Below the pieces are notes generated by a model. It did not search any database. It saw only the letters and a program-made list of their open reading frames with translations, and was not told the origin of the DNA. A DNA stretch of 64,000 bases, from positions 1 through 64,000 of the forward strand of contig JALDZX010000075.1 of the NCBI GenBank assembly GCA_022813865.1. Reading direction: 5' to 3'. Source of the DNA: Xylographa opegraphella (lineage: Eukaryota). This document shows, in pieces, positions 13,607 to 26,673 of the stretch (the first letter of the stretch is position 1; each line of letters begins with the position of its first letter). Made by a program: the position numbers and the translations under genes.

Positions 13607-14868
13607 CTATCCTATAATAGCATGTCCAGTGGCACATTCTGTACCTCCCTCAGTCAACCAGTCTCCCCAGGCCCAAATACCCCACCAGCATCGGACTTCT
13701 TGCGCCCCGTTTCCCCAATCATCGTATCCAACTTCTTCACCCTCCGTAATAATTGTCAACCCCTTTCCTTTCATAGTGTCTCGAAATCGATCGACCTCGG
13801 GTTGATACGCTTCCCTCAACGGCAGTTCCACCACCACTCTCGATGAACTTTTTGCGACCAGATATACTGCGATTGTATCGGCTAGCATGACTGGATGCTC
13901 TGGAGAATACAACGGATCGGCTGCCATAATCACATCATACTGTTGGCCTCGTACGGATCCGGCAGATGGCAAGTCTGACCAATCAAGAGGAAAGGCTGTC
14001 AGAGAGCCGCCGTGAGATGTGATAACTTCTTGATTACAAAGAGCGTTGTAGGTAAGGTTTTCACAGATGCCTGGTAGATCAGTGAGATCGACGCCGGCAC
14101 CAAAGGTCGCTGCTGCTGCGATGCCGACAAGACCTGTACCTGCACCTAGCTCAAGAACACGAGGAGATGATATGCCGCCTCCGTCGTGAGCAGTTTTGCT
14201 CTCCTGAGCTGGATGGTGAGCCCTTCCACAAAGACCTCTTCTCTGCAGAACAGGCAGATATTGGGATAGTAGTGGAAGACGCTTAGCCAGCAAATATGAC
14301 GCTCCCCAAGTCTTGTGCCCCAAATTATCGGCCGTCAAAGATGGCTCGCGCAGTATTATCGGAATCTTGGCTGATGACGGAACTACCGAGATTGGTACGT
14401 AAAAGGTTCGGTCAATGGAAGGCATAGCTAACATTGAGACAATGTTAGTATTGATAGAGATGTCTCGAAAGAAACATGAGATATGCAAAGACCAAATAGA
14501 CTGACCTGTTCGTCCAGAACGCTCGCTCAGCCTCTCACTAGCAGTCTCCCAGATCTTTTCTCTGGTCGATTCGTCCTCGATCCAGTCCAAAGCATTGCTT
14601 ACAATGCTCGTCAGGTACCGGGGAAGGCCGTCTGAGACCGCCACTCGGCTTTCGTGGCTTCCGTCATTATCGACAGCTCCATCGAAACCAGACGGCTTGA
14701 GAGCGAGCGCGTCGAGAGTATTCAAAAGTGTCTCAGCGGAAGGACACTTATGAAGGGAGGGCAAATCAAGTACTACCAGTCATGATGGCCTTGGCTCAGT
14801 GTCAGCTCGCATGATGGGAGGGTGTTCGTTGACGACTTTTACATACCATGTAGCGCAATTGTACTCAT
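13607..14868 (-). CDS. SAM-dependent protein-lysine methyltransferase, family 16 (Efm2/Rrg1-like); introns 14773-14846 and 14428-14505
   Basis: Motifs EPSLTADNLGHKTWGAS, VLELGAGTGLVG and AADPLY. A short first exon gives MSTIALH|VLDLP. Confidence 0.85.
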
Positions 14869-15224
14869 GTCCGCTGATTGCAGAAAGCCTAAGGTAAACC
14901 ACCTTACGGGAATAATGCAAAACGCAATCCACATAAAGGCCAGCGCCCTCCCTCGGCTAGGACAGGGATACAGCACAGGCTGACGTAAGCATTCGGACAT
15001 ATCACCGGAGCTGGCCGTAAATAGATATAAATTCTTTCCTTCCTCGTCACGTCATGAGTACGCGCTGCTGTTCCACTCCCTACGGGGGCGAACATCACCT
15101 AAAACGACATACTTCCTTCTGACACTGAGGGTCTCCTCCACATGTACATAACGTCCTCATAGATCTTCCATTTCAGCTTATAGATTCAACCACATTCATT
15201 CAAAGACTACATGCGTTTGGCAGA

Positions 15225-16940
15225 ATGATGTCTTTTCTCCCATCCCTGAACCCAACGCCCGCGTTCCCCAAGCACTATGGAGGCCCTTATCCTGTAGGCA
15301 CAGTCGACATCGAAATCCCAGTCTCTGAATTACCTTCGGTCGCTCCTACTCCAGATTCCTCAATCACGACCGTCAGCTTCCGCGTTTTCTATCCCTGTGA
15401 AAGCCCCCATTCCTCACCAAAGCCTGTTTATTGGATACCTGACCCACAGCATGGATATGTCTCCGCTTATGCCCGTTTCCTAGGAGCTTCATCGAAACTC
15501 TCCCAAGTAATTGCGTAAGTTCTCCAGTATGCTGCCAAGTCACCACTGATCATTCGAAATAGATACTTTCCACGGCTCCTCTATCATATCACTATACCTG
15601 CCGTTCGCAACGCAAAGGTTCTTGCAGCGCCTACCGAGTCCAAGCGATGGCCAGTAGTTGTGTTCTCTCACGGACTTGGAGGCTCTCGAAATGCGTACAG
15701 TCATTTACTTGGATCACTATCGAGTTACGGAATCGTGGCAATCGCTCCGGAACACCGTGAAGGCAGCGCACCAATATCGTACATAAAGCAGGGGAATGGA
15801 GCGGAACCTGTGCATGTAGATTATCGTTCCATACCACATACCCCATCAAGAGAGGTAGAAGAAGCCAGGGATGAACAACTCAAAATTCGACTCTGGGAAC
15901 TGGGACTTGTACATGAAGCACTATTGATGATAGACAAGGGTGCGAAACTATCAAACATTGCTTCAGAGGCTTCATCGAAGAAGACTGAAGTCCAAAACGA
16001 GTTGCTCACCTTCGGTGCACTCCTCGATGTTCACAGACCTGGGAGTATCTCATGGGCTGGACACTCGTTCGGAGCGGCAACTGTTTACCAGTTTGTCAAA
16101 TCTGTTTTCTATTGCCCGTCAGATCCGGGTTTACAAAACTCTGGAGCTTATCATCCACTCTATGTTCCAGCAGACGATTCCTCCATTCGAAGTCAGATCA
16201 CACCACAGTCCACAGTGGCTCTACTGGATTTATGGACGTTACCACTTCGTAGTGCAGCTACGACTTGGCTGTGGAGGAAGCCACTTCCTTGTTATGAGTC
16301 CTCTGGAGGAGCCAACGTGCTCGTTATCTTAAGCGAAGCCTTCTTCAAATGGCGAGGGAATTTGATTTCGACAAAACAAGCTGTGTCAGCGGACCCTTCC
16401 GGTGACCGCCGGCATGATCCGGCAAAAAGCCGGCCGCACATATTCTATCCGTTTAAGACAGCACACGTCAGTCAATCGGACTTTGGTATACTCTTTCCTT
16501 GGGCAACGAAGAAATTCATGAAAGCAGAAGAGCCAGAAAGGACACTAAAATTGAACGTCTTAGCGATCCTTGAGCTCATGCGGCAAAACGGGAAAGACAT
16601 TGCGAGCTTGTCGGAGGCTGATAGACATGCCGTGCTAGAGCAAGTACAGGGTACAGCCAACGGACATGCCATAAGCAACGTTATGCATCAAAAGCATGGC
16701 CATGCAAACGGTAGCCTTCATCAATCGAAACAGGCTTCGCCGGCAGAGATTGATATGTTATCGCCACAGTCATCCATCAGAGGATGGGTTCCTGTGAGTG
16801 TGGATGTGGAAGATAAACCTGGTGAAGCAACAAATGAAAAAACTGGCTCGGACGCTGATCCGAGCGAAGCCGTGATGGAGTCAGAAGTTATGAACAGTAA
16901 CGAAGATCACGAAAACGAATCGCATCATACACCGGAATAG
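15225..16940 (+). CDS. Platelet-activating-factor acetylhydrolase II-like alpha/beta hydrolase; intron 15515-15562
   Basis: Motifs GPYPVGT, FSHGLGG, PEHREGS, nucleophile elbow GHSFG, LDLW and HVSQSDF. Confidence 0.85.
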
Positions 16941-17565
16941 AGAGGGACTATGTATTATAGCTGAGGAGTTTGTGGGCCATAGTAACAAAGGATACAGACC
17001 TCAGGATAGATGAGAACATTCACATACATCCAGTGTTCAAGAGATGAAATTTGTAACATATTGCTAGCTAGAGACTTATTACGGCCGCCGATCAGCCGAT
17101 GCCACTCGTGGGAGATCAAGTCAGCGAGGTACAGAATCGCTTCAGCGTCTTCGATGAATTTCTGCGATTTATTCTGCTTTGTCATGGCGCGCATAAGTAG
17201 GCACCTACACAACCTTGTCAGTGTGGCGCATAGGATCAGTTTGCCGAGGTAAACATGATCGGCCATTGGGGTATTTCTGTTGATTACTGAACTCGAGTAT
17301 TGCTGCCAAGCACGCAAATAGTAACCTTTCTGCAGCCTACCTTCCACTGCTCGTGTTGCTACACCGTCATTCCGGCCTGCTCTTATGAGGCTGCTTAATA
17401 ATTGCTTGTCTTAGCATGGACGGCTGATGCAGCCTTAACCCTGCAAACGTCTTGTATGTGATATGTTTAAGCTGACTGCTTCAAGTACTCGTTGTGCTCT
17501 TCTTACACGGTTTGGAGAACTTGTCGCGTTTTGCTTTATTTTCTTCTGAACTTGTACTACCAAAA

Positions 17566-19459
17566 ATGGAGCGCCAAAAGTTCGTTCAATTATACGGGGG
17601 CATTGTCGTCGAAGTCCCCGATGAGAGTTTTGGCGAGCAAGCAGCGCGGACATTGGACCAACCATCCGAGGTTCGCAGATCAGGAAGAAGGAAGGTTTCC
17701 AAAGGTTTCAACGGGGAAGATGAAGACAAGAAGGGTAAACGGGGTCGTCCGCGCGTCGACCCTCAAGACCAAAGTGCAGCGGAGGTAGGGACCTCAAACC
17801 ATGCGCGGCCTACTATACTAATTCTTTCCAGCGGCGACGCACCCAAATCAGATTGGCTCAGAGGGCTTATAGAGAACGCAAAGAGACGACAATATCAGAG
17901 CTGGAGCAACGGGTGGTAGACCTTCAGCAAACGGTCAGCAGCATGAACCAGGCGTTCCTGGGATATAATCAGAAGGCTCTCTCCTTGGGTATTGTCGATT
18001 GGAATCCCGAGCTAGGAGCGGCATTGAACTCGACCATACAGCATTTCTTCGAGCTGGCTCGTAATGCGAATGTTGACTCTGACGCGGGACAGCCGAGGAC
18101 ATGTGGAGGAAAGATGAGTGAAGCGGCGCCATCTCACGAAAGCAACACAGTGCGCATAACAAACCACGACCAGCGTAAATACGCCTCAGCGCCACTGCGA
18201 ACTTCTTCTTTACCTAATCTGAATTACCCGGCTTCCATGCTTGGTTATGACTATAACATCCCTGATGCTGGGAAGAACAACTATGCCCACAATGATGACC
18301 GTGTAGAAGAACTTCATGACTACCAAGACACCCGCAGTCTGGGTTACAAATGGATTTATACCAGTGCAGACATGCAGCCAGACTATGCTGAAGTATCTCC
18401 TCTGCCAGTACCCACACCAGCTTGGATTCCGACGGTTGATGATGGTTTGAAACCGACGTGGACCTATAGCTTCCAGGAAAGCACGTTCTCTCGGCGCTTA
18501 CTGCGGTCGTCATCTGAGAGAGCGTACTACCTGCTGACCAATCCAAATGCTCCAAAATGCGAGGTCGACCGTGTGTTCCGGTTTACCTTCCATCTTTACG
18601 ATATCCAGAAGATTGCTACAGGGCTCCGCAAGCGCCTGATGAAGTCTAACAAGGAATCTCTGGAAAAATGGAATGTACCTCTGTTGCATGTCGGCGGTGC
18701 CGGCCTACATTTTCCACGAGTAGTCCCCGAAGATGAGGATCCGTTGCCAGTTAATTGGAATTCTCTACAGTCCGTTGGCCCACACCAGCCTGAAAACGCC
18801 GAAGTGACCATGTGTGACGAAAATTTCCCTTATAAAGCGCCGGAATGTGCCAATGTTGAAGGCGAGTGGTTCGACTCCAACGACGTGGAACAGTACTTGA
18901 GGGCCAAAGGATTGTATCTGGATGGGCAGATGTCAGTCGCTGAGATAGAGGTTGAGGATCAGGTCCCCAGTCTGGTCGGAGACTTCATGGTTGGCTCTCC
19001 AAGTAGCCTGTCCAGTGAGAGCTTTGTAGACCCACAAAGTCCGCGCAATACCAACGACACGGTGCCAGGCCTCATTCTACCATCCACAGACTTCTTCTAC
19101 CGAGACTCCAGCAGGGGTCAGTTGCCCACAACGTTCGATGGCATAGCAATGGACGCGGAGAATACTTTCACGTGGCCTGGTGAAGCCAACTTGAAAAGTA
19201 CAGACGCCTTCCACATGAACGGCTCCGACATGTTTCCAGACCTCGCGACATTCGATTTTGTGCCTCATAAGCGGAAGGTGAGGATCGACGTTGAAAAGTT
19301 GCTTGAGGGTCTGTCAACCTCTGTCACATAACCACTAAACTCAAGCTAATACTGCGCATAGCTCTAAACGAAAAATCCATCTGCCTCGGTAGAGCGCCGG
19401 GCTTCCGACGAGGGGACGTCGACGCGGCTCTCAGGAAAGTGCTCCAGGAAGCATTTTAG
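17566..19459 (+). CDS. bZIP transcription factor (fungal Yap/AP-1-like basic region); introns 17785-17831 and 19309-19361
   Basis: KRGRPR...AAE|RRRTQIRLAQRAYRERKE is followed by a leucine zipper. The last exon encodes ICLGRAPGFRRGDVDAAL. Confidence 0.85.
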
Positions 19460-20584
19460 TCAGTGCGTAGCATGAAGAGAATAATTCAGAAGGAAAAGGA
19501 AGCACAGATTTCCCCGGTCTTGGAGACGCTAGGGCTTGACATTGAGATCGGGAACACAACGTAGGGCGCCTCTGTACGTCTGAGAATAGATGAGAAAGCA
19601 CTACGGCGTCACTTATGCATGGCGGACCTCTGCCGATCTCGTTCTGGCGTGCTGTAACCGTGCGTGCTTGATCTATACATATCGACGATGACCCGTTGAA
19701 GTGGGCGAGCCGATATGTCGAGAAACATCAGATTCGCCCTCGCTTAGCCGCAAGCAGAGATATTTATAGTGGGCTGCGTCGAAGATCTGTCGATCCGCGC
19801 GCAGTCAATGGCCCGTCAAGTAGTCGGTGGGCCAGTCAGTGGTTCACTCGCCCGTGTCGCTGCCACTTCATTATGATTACTGCTTGTGCGTTCGGTGTCA
19901 ACAATTCTCCACCCTGGGGGGGCGGTCTCGGCTGCAGCAGACAGAGCCCGGAACAATGGTCGCCTGCGAGCTTTCCCGCTCCACACATTTCCCACTGCCA
20001 ATCGCCAAGAATGCGACCCAACGGAGGCAAGCGGGCAAAACTCCCTTCAGCTGCAATACGAGCTCGCCAAAAGCGTGCCGGTGCTAAATGCATCAGGAAA
20101 GCCTTCGACGGTGTTTCTTAAGGTAGTCGGCGTTCGCTGGATCACTCGCACGGCCCATTGGCCTGACTCTTCTCGGAGAATCGTGCGCTGTGATTCTTAT
20201 CTCCTTAATTCATATGTAGCATTCACTTCTCAGCCTCACCATCAGATGCCTTTCGCGTGACGCTCGTTGTAACCACGCTCGTTTTCTCGCTGAATTATTT
20301 GTGCCCCATTGGGCTATCCCCTTCAAGCGCTCCTACCACCAGCATCGTGTTACTGTCAAAGGATTATCAATATCACCCACAAGCCTCCGCAGAGTCCGAT
20401 AATTAGCTCGGCTCTGGTACTAATGTTCAAATGATTGGATAAACAAGCAATCACTTTTCTACACGATTTACGAGCAACCCACCCCGAAGGTTGATCTGGC
20501 CATTACTTCAAACGGCTACGAGCCGTTCGCCGCAAGAATTTATACACTCGCTCGGGCTCTCAATTATTCCAGGTACCGAGTGTC

Positions 20585-23500
20585 ATGGCCAAGGCCCAAA
20601 GACTCAGACAAGAACGAGAGTCGACCTCCGGCAATGATATTCTGTCACGAATGCTACAGCTAGAGAAGCTAAGTCAGGTCAGTGAGTGCAGATGTTAAGA
20701 GTCGGCAATTGAAGGGCTTCGGACACGAAGAAGTTGAAGCTCACGATGCTGATGTTTTCCAAACAGCAACACCGACCATCTGTTTCTGAACAACCAACAG
20801 GTTCGTTTCGAAACTCGTCCATCGAATCACATCACCGTGAGACCGTGTCTAAGCACTTGGGCAAATCACCGACGGTTCACAGCGCGATGCCTGTTCCATC
20901 AATTCCGCTGCCACGAGCACATACCTCTCCCGACCTTGCAATGAAACCTGCGACTGACAACAAGAAGAAAACCTCTCCTATGTCTTTCCAGCAGAAAGAA
21001 GTAGCGGCTGTTCAGAGGCCACCTACTCCGACACCAGACATTTGCAAGTCGCCCAGTTGGTCTGACTACAATGGAGACAGAGCAAAGAAGGAAAAGAAGA
21101 AGACGGAAAAGGAACGGAAAGAGCTGGAGAAAGATCGGAAGGAGGCAGAGAAGAAGCGCAAGAAAGAGGATGGGAAGCAAAAGTGTGCACAACTCAAGGC
21201 GGCAAAGCGATTGAGCAAGAAGCCGCCTGCAGCAATGGACACACAACGGATGCCTGCAGCCTTGCTGCGACCTTCAGCACGACCACCATCAGACGCACAA
21301 ACATCATCTCAAGCTGACTCCAGATCTTCATCAAGGGAAAGAAGGAGATCATCTATCTCCTCCTTGACATCAATGCTACGACTTTCCAGGGATTCATGGA
21401 ATAAGAGCTCATCAACGGCATCGGAGCCTCCAAGCAGCTTCAAGCTGGTGAGCTTCAAGCCTGTTAGTGTCTCTGCACCCCAGCTAGGACAGCTGTCAGG
21501 TATCGAAACGCATTCGCGAACCCCATCAGCCGGTACACCAGGCTCTCGAAACTCGAACAGCGACCAGGAGTATCTGAAGGATCTTGCAAGCTTTGCATAT
21601 CAGCTACAGCTATCCTCTCAGGCGCCGGATGACGTCGAACTTGGATTGAGACAAATAAATGGAGTACGCCTCTCAGTGCCGTCAACACGATCATCACCGG
21701 AACAAACCGCGTCTGTTACATTGTCTCCTACACTAAAGGGAAATGATGCAAACCCCGTACTAGAGACTAGACCGAAGGACACAAAAGCTAAAGCACCACA
21801 GCGACCGGTTGCGTGGGGCCGTGGAAGTCTAGAAGATGGTTACTTTGGTGAGAAAGCGAATGGTCAGAAGGACTATGCAAAAGTGAAGCCAGTCGTTGCG
21901 AAAGATGACGAGGCATCAAAAACGTGGGCTGACGAAGGAGGCACATCAGACAAACTGAGCGAGGTTCACCAACAGCGTTCTAGTCAGTTGACTCCGGCTT
22001 TAATATCTGACGCCAAAGTGTTAGTGCACTCTTCTCGTGACGGAAGTAGTTATGTTCAGAAGCAGAGAATGTATCGGCAGCAACAGTCGATCGCTGGCTA
22101 TGAAGATGAGCTAGCATTTGAGTCGGCTGGTAAAATGGAAGAAAAGATACACGTTACAAAGGATCAATCAAACCTTCCTATGCTTAAAAAGTCATCTACC
22201 CTACGTCTTGAACAGCAGCTTCCTCGAAATCCGACAAGCGAGGAGAAGACCTCCGCTCCCCAAAGAGCGCCAGCTTCAAGCGGACCGAAGTCCTCGTCTC
22301 AGACCACATCTCCGACCCTGATCCCTCAAGCTCAAGAAATGACCGCAAAAAATGAAATCGTCAAGAAGAAGAAGAAAAAGATGCAGAATCTTGAACACAG
22401 GTCGTCTGGGGAAAGTTCTGACGAATATCATCGTTTTCTGGTTGAACGCACTCACAACCTCGGCATCAAACAAGCTAAAAAAGGATCACGAATACCCAAG
22501 GTAGAGAAGGTTCTGGGCGCCAATCTTTCTGACGGTGAAAATGCACCCCCATCGAAACGACGTTCTAGGTCAAATCGCATGGGCTCTGACCATTCTATAA
22601 CCACCTCCATGCCCAATGAGACTGTAAAGAGTCCGCAGCGAAGCGAAAGCAGTGATGATATGGCAGAGCCGATTCAGCACAAATTAAGGATGGACAAACC
22701 ACTTACTCCCAAGACCAACCGACAAACAGTAGTACTGGAAACACTGGCTATAAAGCAACCACCAACCCCGAACACTAATACCAAACCAAAACATCACAGT
22801 TTGCCAGTCGTTCCGAGATTCTCCACCACCCCTATTCTGCCCACGACTGGGAATCAAAGTTCAGCACCGCCTTCCGCGCCTAGCAACATTATTCCGAGCG
22901 CTACTTCTAAGCCCATAGTGGAACTGAATCCGGCTTCCAGATCACCCAAGACGGATATTGGCGACATTCTACCAGAATTCGTCATTAGCGGCGTGGAGGG
23001 CGATGGGCTCACCCGAAAGACATCATTGAAACGCCCTCGCTCCGATACCGGGCTCAAGCTCGACGTCCCCTCGAATCCATCCACCAATCCCGATGCCCTC
23101 CCTTCCTTCGACTTCCTCCCACCCCTCAAACACCAACCTCTCACCAAACCTAAACGCACTCCTCCTTCCCGCGTCAGCTTCGCGGAGCTTCCCACCACCA
23201 TCCCCTCCTCCTCAACCATGCCCACCTCCTCCAGCTTCCCCCAACCCTTCCGCCCCGCCCTCAAAGCCGACTACTGCTTCCCCTCCCCCAACGGCCCAAT
23301 CACCATCACCCCCGTCGCGGCGCACAACTCCCTGCACCCTGCGATGCGCACCTTCCACGGCCCGCCGCGGCCGCCCCGCTCCAGCTTGATGGGCCCGCCT
23401 TCCCTGCCCCTCATCAGCAACGGCCGCGCCGCCGACGAGGCCCTTAACGTCAAGCCGCTCGCGAAGATGTTCGTCATCTGCTGCAAGTGCAAGTTCTGGC

Positions 23501-23733
23501 ACGACATGCCAAGCAAGTTGTACGAGGCGATGGCGCTGCCGAAGCAGCTCGAGGAGCAGGCCGAAGGCGTGTCGGAGGGCGTAGCGGATGCAGCGAAGGG
23601 GAAAGGGAAGGGCAAGGCCCTGGACGGCAAGGTCTTCACCACGGTGACGTGTCCGTGGTGCGAGCATGCCATGAGCACGGGCTGCTGTGCCGGGTGGACC
23701 GCAATCGTCTACCTGCACGAGAGGCATCACTGA
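20585..23733 (+). CDS. Large, mostly disordered protein with a C-terminal Cys/His-rich putative zinc-binding domain; intron 20678-20766
   Basis: A 999-codon open frame plus an in-frame 31-codon upstream exon. The C-terminus reads KMFVICCKCKFWHDMP...CPWCEHAMSTGCCAGW...LHERHH. The start codon is uncertain. Confidence 0.75.
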
Positions 23734-24315
23734 CTGATGAGGAGGGGCTGCGATGCCAGTGGTGACGGGGTCGGTTCTGACGCATAAAATCCAAAAAAAG
23801 TCTGACGATCTGTGGCCGGGCGATATACGGGCCCGCTTTGTTTGGGATACGATATGACGAACACATGAATGGCATGCTGCTTTAGGAAAAAGGCGTTTCT
23901 TGATGCTTGTTGCCTGTGCAATCACGGTTACCCGAGCGTACGTAATGGAGAGAGACTGTGATGCGGTATGAAATTCTCCAAAAAAAAAAACCCCCCCCGG
24001 GAGGGGTGGCTGTAATGGATCTTTGTATTTTTACTGGGGAACACAACGATGGATTATGATGTATGCACGCTTGGCCAAAAAAAAAAAGGCGGGCGGGCCC
24101 GTACATGTAATGGATGGCTGATGAGATTGAGGGAATTGTAATGTAATGAATACCTATGCTGCTGGTTCGGGAAATGCATTGGGGGTGTGAGTTGCGAGAT
24201 GCGCGCGGGGCCTATTGGTGGAGAGGGTGAAGTTGTGCCATTGATATGAAACGGTGTGGGTACATGATAGTGTTTGCACGAGCAGCGTAGTTCTACCTTA
24301 CTTAACACCACAACA

Positions 24316-26673
24316 CTAGTCATCATCTTCCTCCTCCGACCCTTCCGCATCTTCCATATCCACATCCCCATCCCCATCCCCATCCTCAACTCCCCCACCC
24401 TCCTTCCTCCCCCTCCTCCGCTCCTCCTCCTCCCCCCTCCTCCCCTCCTCCAACACCCTCTCCCGCTCCTCATTCCGCTTGCGCATGCTCAGCACAAACG
24501 CCCCCAGCGGCATATCCTCCCACGGGACATCCTTCAAAAAGGCATCCACACCGTCGCGATTACCGGGCGCGAAATCGACTTTCCGCCGCCTCTCCGCGAC
24601 GAAGCGGGCGTTGGCGTCCAGTTTCTGCAGCAGCAGCGCGACGGCGGCGGTCAGCTTGGCGTTCTTGTTGCCGCGGCCCTTGGAGGTGTGGTGGGGCCCG
24701 CGGTGCGGGGCCGAGGGCGTGGGCGGGGAGGAGACTTCTTTCAGCCAGCGCTTCAGCAGGACGGAGGGGGGGATGACGAGTTCCGGGAAGGCGATGCTTT
24801 GGGCCCAGACGGCGAAGAATTCGGCGAGTAGCTCGGCGACTTGCTCGCCGAGGCCGGTCTGGTAGACGCGCGTGTGGAGGTAGGAGGCTGGGGCGCGGAG
24901 GGTGGTGGCGAAGTCGAGGGGGCGGAGCGTGGAAGGCTTGGGGGGTTTCTTCAGCTCTGGGGATTGCAGGACTTCAAGGAGGGAGGGCGCGAGGGGGATG
25001 TAGGTGTTTGTGCTGCGGGAGAGGCGCAGTAGGGCGCGTGTGAGGTGGAAGCGCAGTGGGAAGTAGACCGGGGTCGGGATGAGGCGGAGGGCGCCGAGGG
25101 TGATTTGCACGAGGGGGTAGATGAGTGGGTGCAGTGGCGAGGCGGCGGCGGATTTGAGTTGGGGGTTTGTGGCGGGGGAGCAGTGCGTGGAGAGGACGCG
25201 GGACCAGAAGTCCAGGGAGTGGGTGTATTGCCAGTTGTAGATGGCTTTGTACGAGTCCTTGGTGGGGTGCGTGATGCTGGTGCGCAGGTGTATGGCCAAC
25301 TGCCGGATGTAGGTGAAGCCGGTGGTGTAGCCAATGGTAGGGTCGAGGCCCCAGAGCTCAGCGGCGGAGTTCTTCATCAGATTGATGCCTGGCAGAGTGT
25401 GAATGGTGGTGTTGCGGCTGCCTTTGATGAGACCTTGGTAAGTTGATTTGAGGACTGCTTCGCGGAGGGAGGCGTCGCTGATGATGGCGAGGCGGCGAAT
25501 AAGAAGAAAGGCGTTTATCCGGGTGGCTTCGGTGCTGGAGGGATCGGACCAGATGCTGATGACTGCTTTGATGAGATTCTTGAGGATCTTTTTAAATGAG
25601 AGTAGATACGGAAGAAGGGGTAAGATGGATGCCAGTGTCAGTTTGATTGTTGGCGCATCGGAAAGATTCTCTAGAAGATGATGCACTGATGTTGCATGAG
25701 ACTTCAGCAGCGGTGTCAAGGTGCGGAACTTCTTGGTATCAGTGGAGAAGCGGACTTTTCCTGATGCAGTCTCTTTTACGGGGAGGTGGTGCCCCAGAAC
25801 CTCCGGTACATGTTGTAGCGAGATGACCAGAAGCTGATGGTAGACTTCTGGGCTAGAGATCGTGTATTTGTACTCTTTCCCGTCCTCCTCGTTCACATAG
25901 GCCGCTGCCCGGAAAGCGAGGACAACCTGGCGCATCGCACGCAGAGAATGCTGTTCAGTCATAGCTTTCTGCCACTTGCTGACCATAGACATCGTGACCT
26001 CCGTCTCATCATCATCCTTCTCCTCTTCAGGTGGCTCAATTGTCTTGCCCTTCTTTTTCTTCTTCTTTGGTGGCTCGTCCTCACTCAAATCGTCAACCTC
26101 GGCCAGATCGCCATCCTCGGCAAAGTCTAGCAGCTCAGCATCGTTTTCTTTGAGGTATTTGTAGAATTCTGGATCCTTCTCTTTCAGAGCATCCAGATCC
26201 TCTCTGTGTGCCCCTGGTCGTTCTTCTGTTTCTTCTTCGGACGACGAATCGATAGCCAGAGCTTGATCCTCAAATGATGCATCAGATTCTCCACCGCCCA
26301 GCTCGCTATTATCGTCATCTTGAGGAGCATCTCGCTTTCTTTTGCCGCTTTGTGCCTTGGCTTCCTTGATCTTCGCCAGCTTCGAAGCTTTCTTCGTAGG
26401 TTCCGGAATTTCGAATCCGCCCTGGAAGAATTCGTCCACGGTCATGTCCTTCAATTTATCGGCATCCTTTGCTACCCTGCCATTATCTTTGGGCCCTTGT
26501 TCCTCTTCATCCTCATCAGCAACCTTGGCATAGTCGCTTGCATGCCGAGCTTGCTTTTTTGCTTTGATCTGCTGCCGCTGCTTTATCTTGGCGAAATCTT
26601 TTCGGCGCTCGATTGTGTCTTTGAGATGGTTCTTCTCGAACTTCTTGGTGGATTTTTTGCTATGCTTAGCCAT
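24316..26673 (-). CDS. NOC2: Nucleolar complex protein 2 (60S ribosome biogenesis), intronless
   Basis: Motifs KSTKKFEKNHL, LKEKDPEFYKYL, INLMKNS, FTYIRQLAIHLR, YNWQY, LIYPLVQ and SIAFPEL. Confidence 0.95.
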   Translation of the reverse strand: MAKHSKKSTKKFEKNHLKDTIERRKDFAKIKQRQQIKAKKQARHASDYAKVADEDEEEQGPKDNGRVAKDADKLKDMTVDEFFQGGFEIPEPTKKASKLAKIKEAKAQSGKRKRDAPQDDDNSELGGGESDASFEDQALAIDSSSEEETEERPGAHREDLDALKEKDPEFYKYLKENDAELLDFAEDGDLAEVDDLSEDEPPKKKKKKGKTIEPPEEEKDDDETEVTMSMVSKWQKAMTEQHSLRAMRQVVLAFRAAAYVNEEDGKEYKYTISSPEVYHQLLVISLQHVPEVLGHHLPVKETASGKVRFSTDTKKFRTLTPLLKSHATSVHHLLENLSDAPTIKLTLASILPLLPYLLSFKKILKNLIKAVISIWSDPSSTEATRINAFLLIRRLAIISDASLREAVLKSTYQGLIKGSRNTTIHTLPGINLMKNSAAELWGLDPTIGYTTGFTYIRQLAIHLRTSITHPTKDSYKAIYNWQYTHSLDFWSRVLSTHCSPATNPQLKSAAASPLHPLIYPLVQITLGALRLIPTPVYFPLRFHLTRALLRLSRSTNTYIPLAPSLLEVLQSPELKKPPKPSTLRPLDFATTLRAPASYLHTRVYQTGLGEQVAELLAEFFAVWAQSIAFPELVIPPSVLLKRWLKEVSSPPTPSAPHRGPHHTSKGRGNKNAKLTAAVALLLQKLDANARFVAERRRKVDFAPGNRDGVDAFLKDVPWEDMPLGAFVLSMRKRNEERERVLEEGRRGEEEERRRGRKEGGGVEDGDGDGDVDMEDAEGSEEEDDD

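Noticed and set aside
14773..14846. Regulated unproductive splicing at two nearer AGs (14795, 14790) that would give premature stops
   Set aside because: They are GAG and AAG. The in-frame TAG at 14773 is simply the first YAG after the branch site.
20246..20260. Possible uORF MPFA* upstream of the zinc-domain gene
   Set aside because: The transcript start is unknown and such tiny ORFs are expected by chance.
23826..24103. 11-bp inverted repeat (TACGGGCCCGC / GCGGGCCCGTA) as MITE ends
   Set aside because: Eight of the 11 bases are a self-palindrome, and I saw no target-site duplication or second copy.
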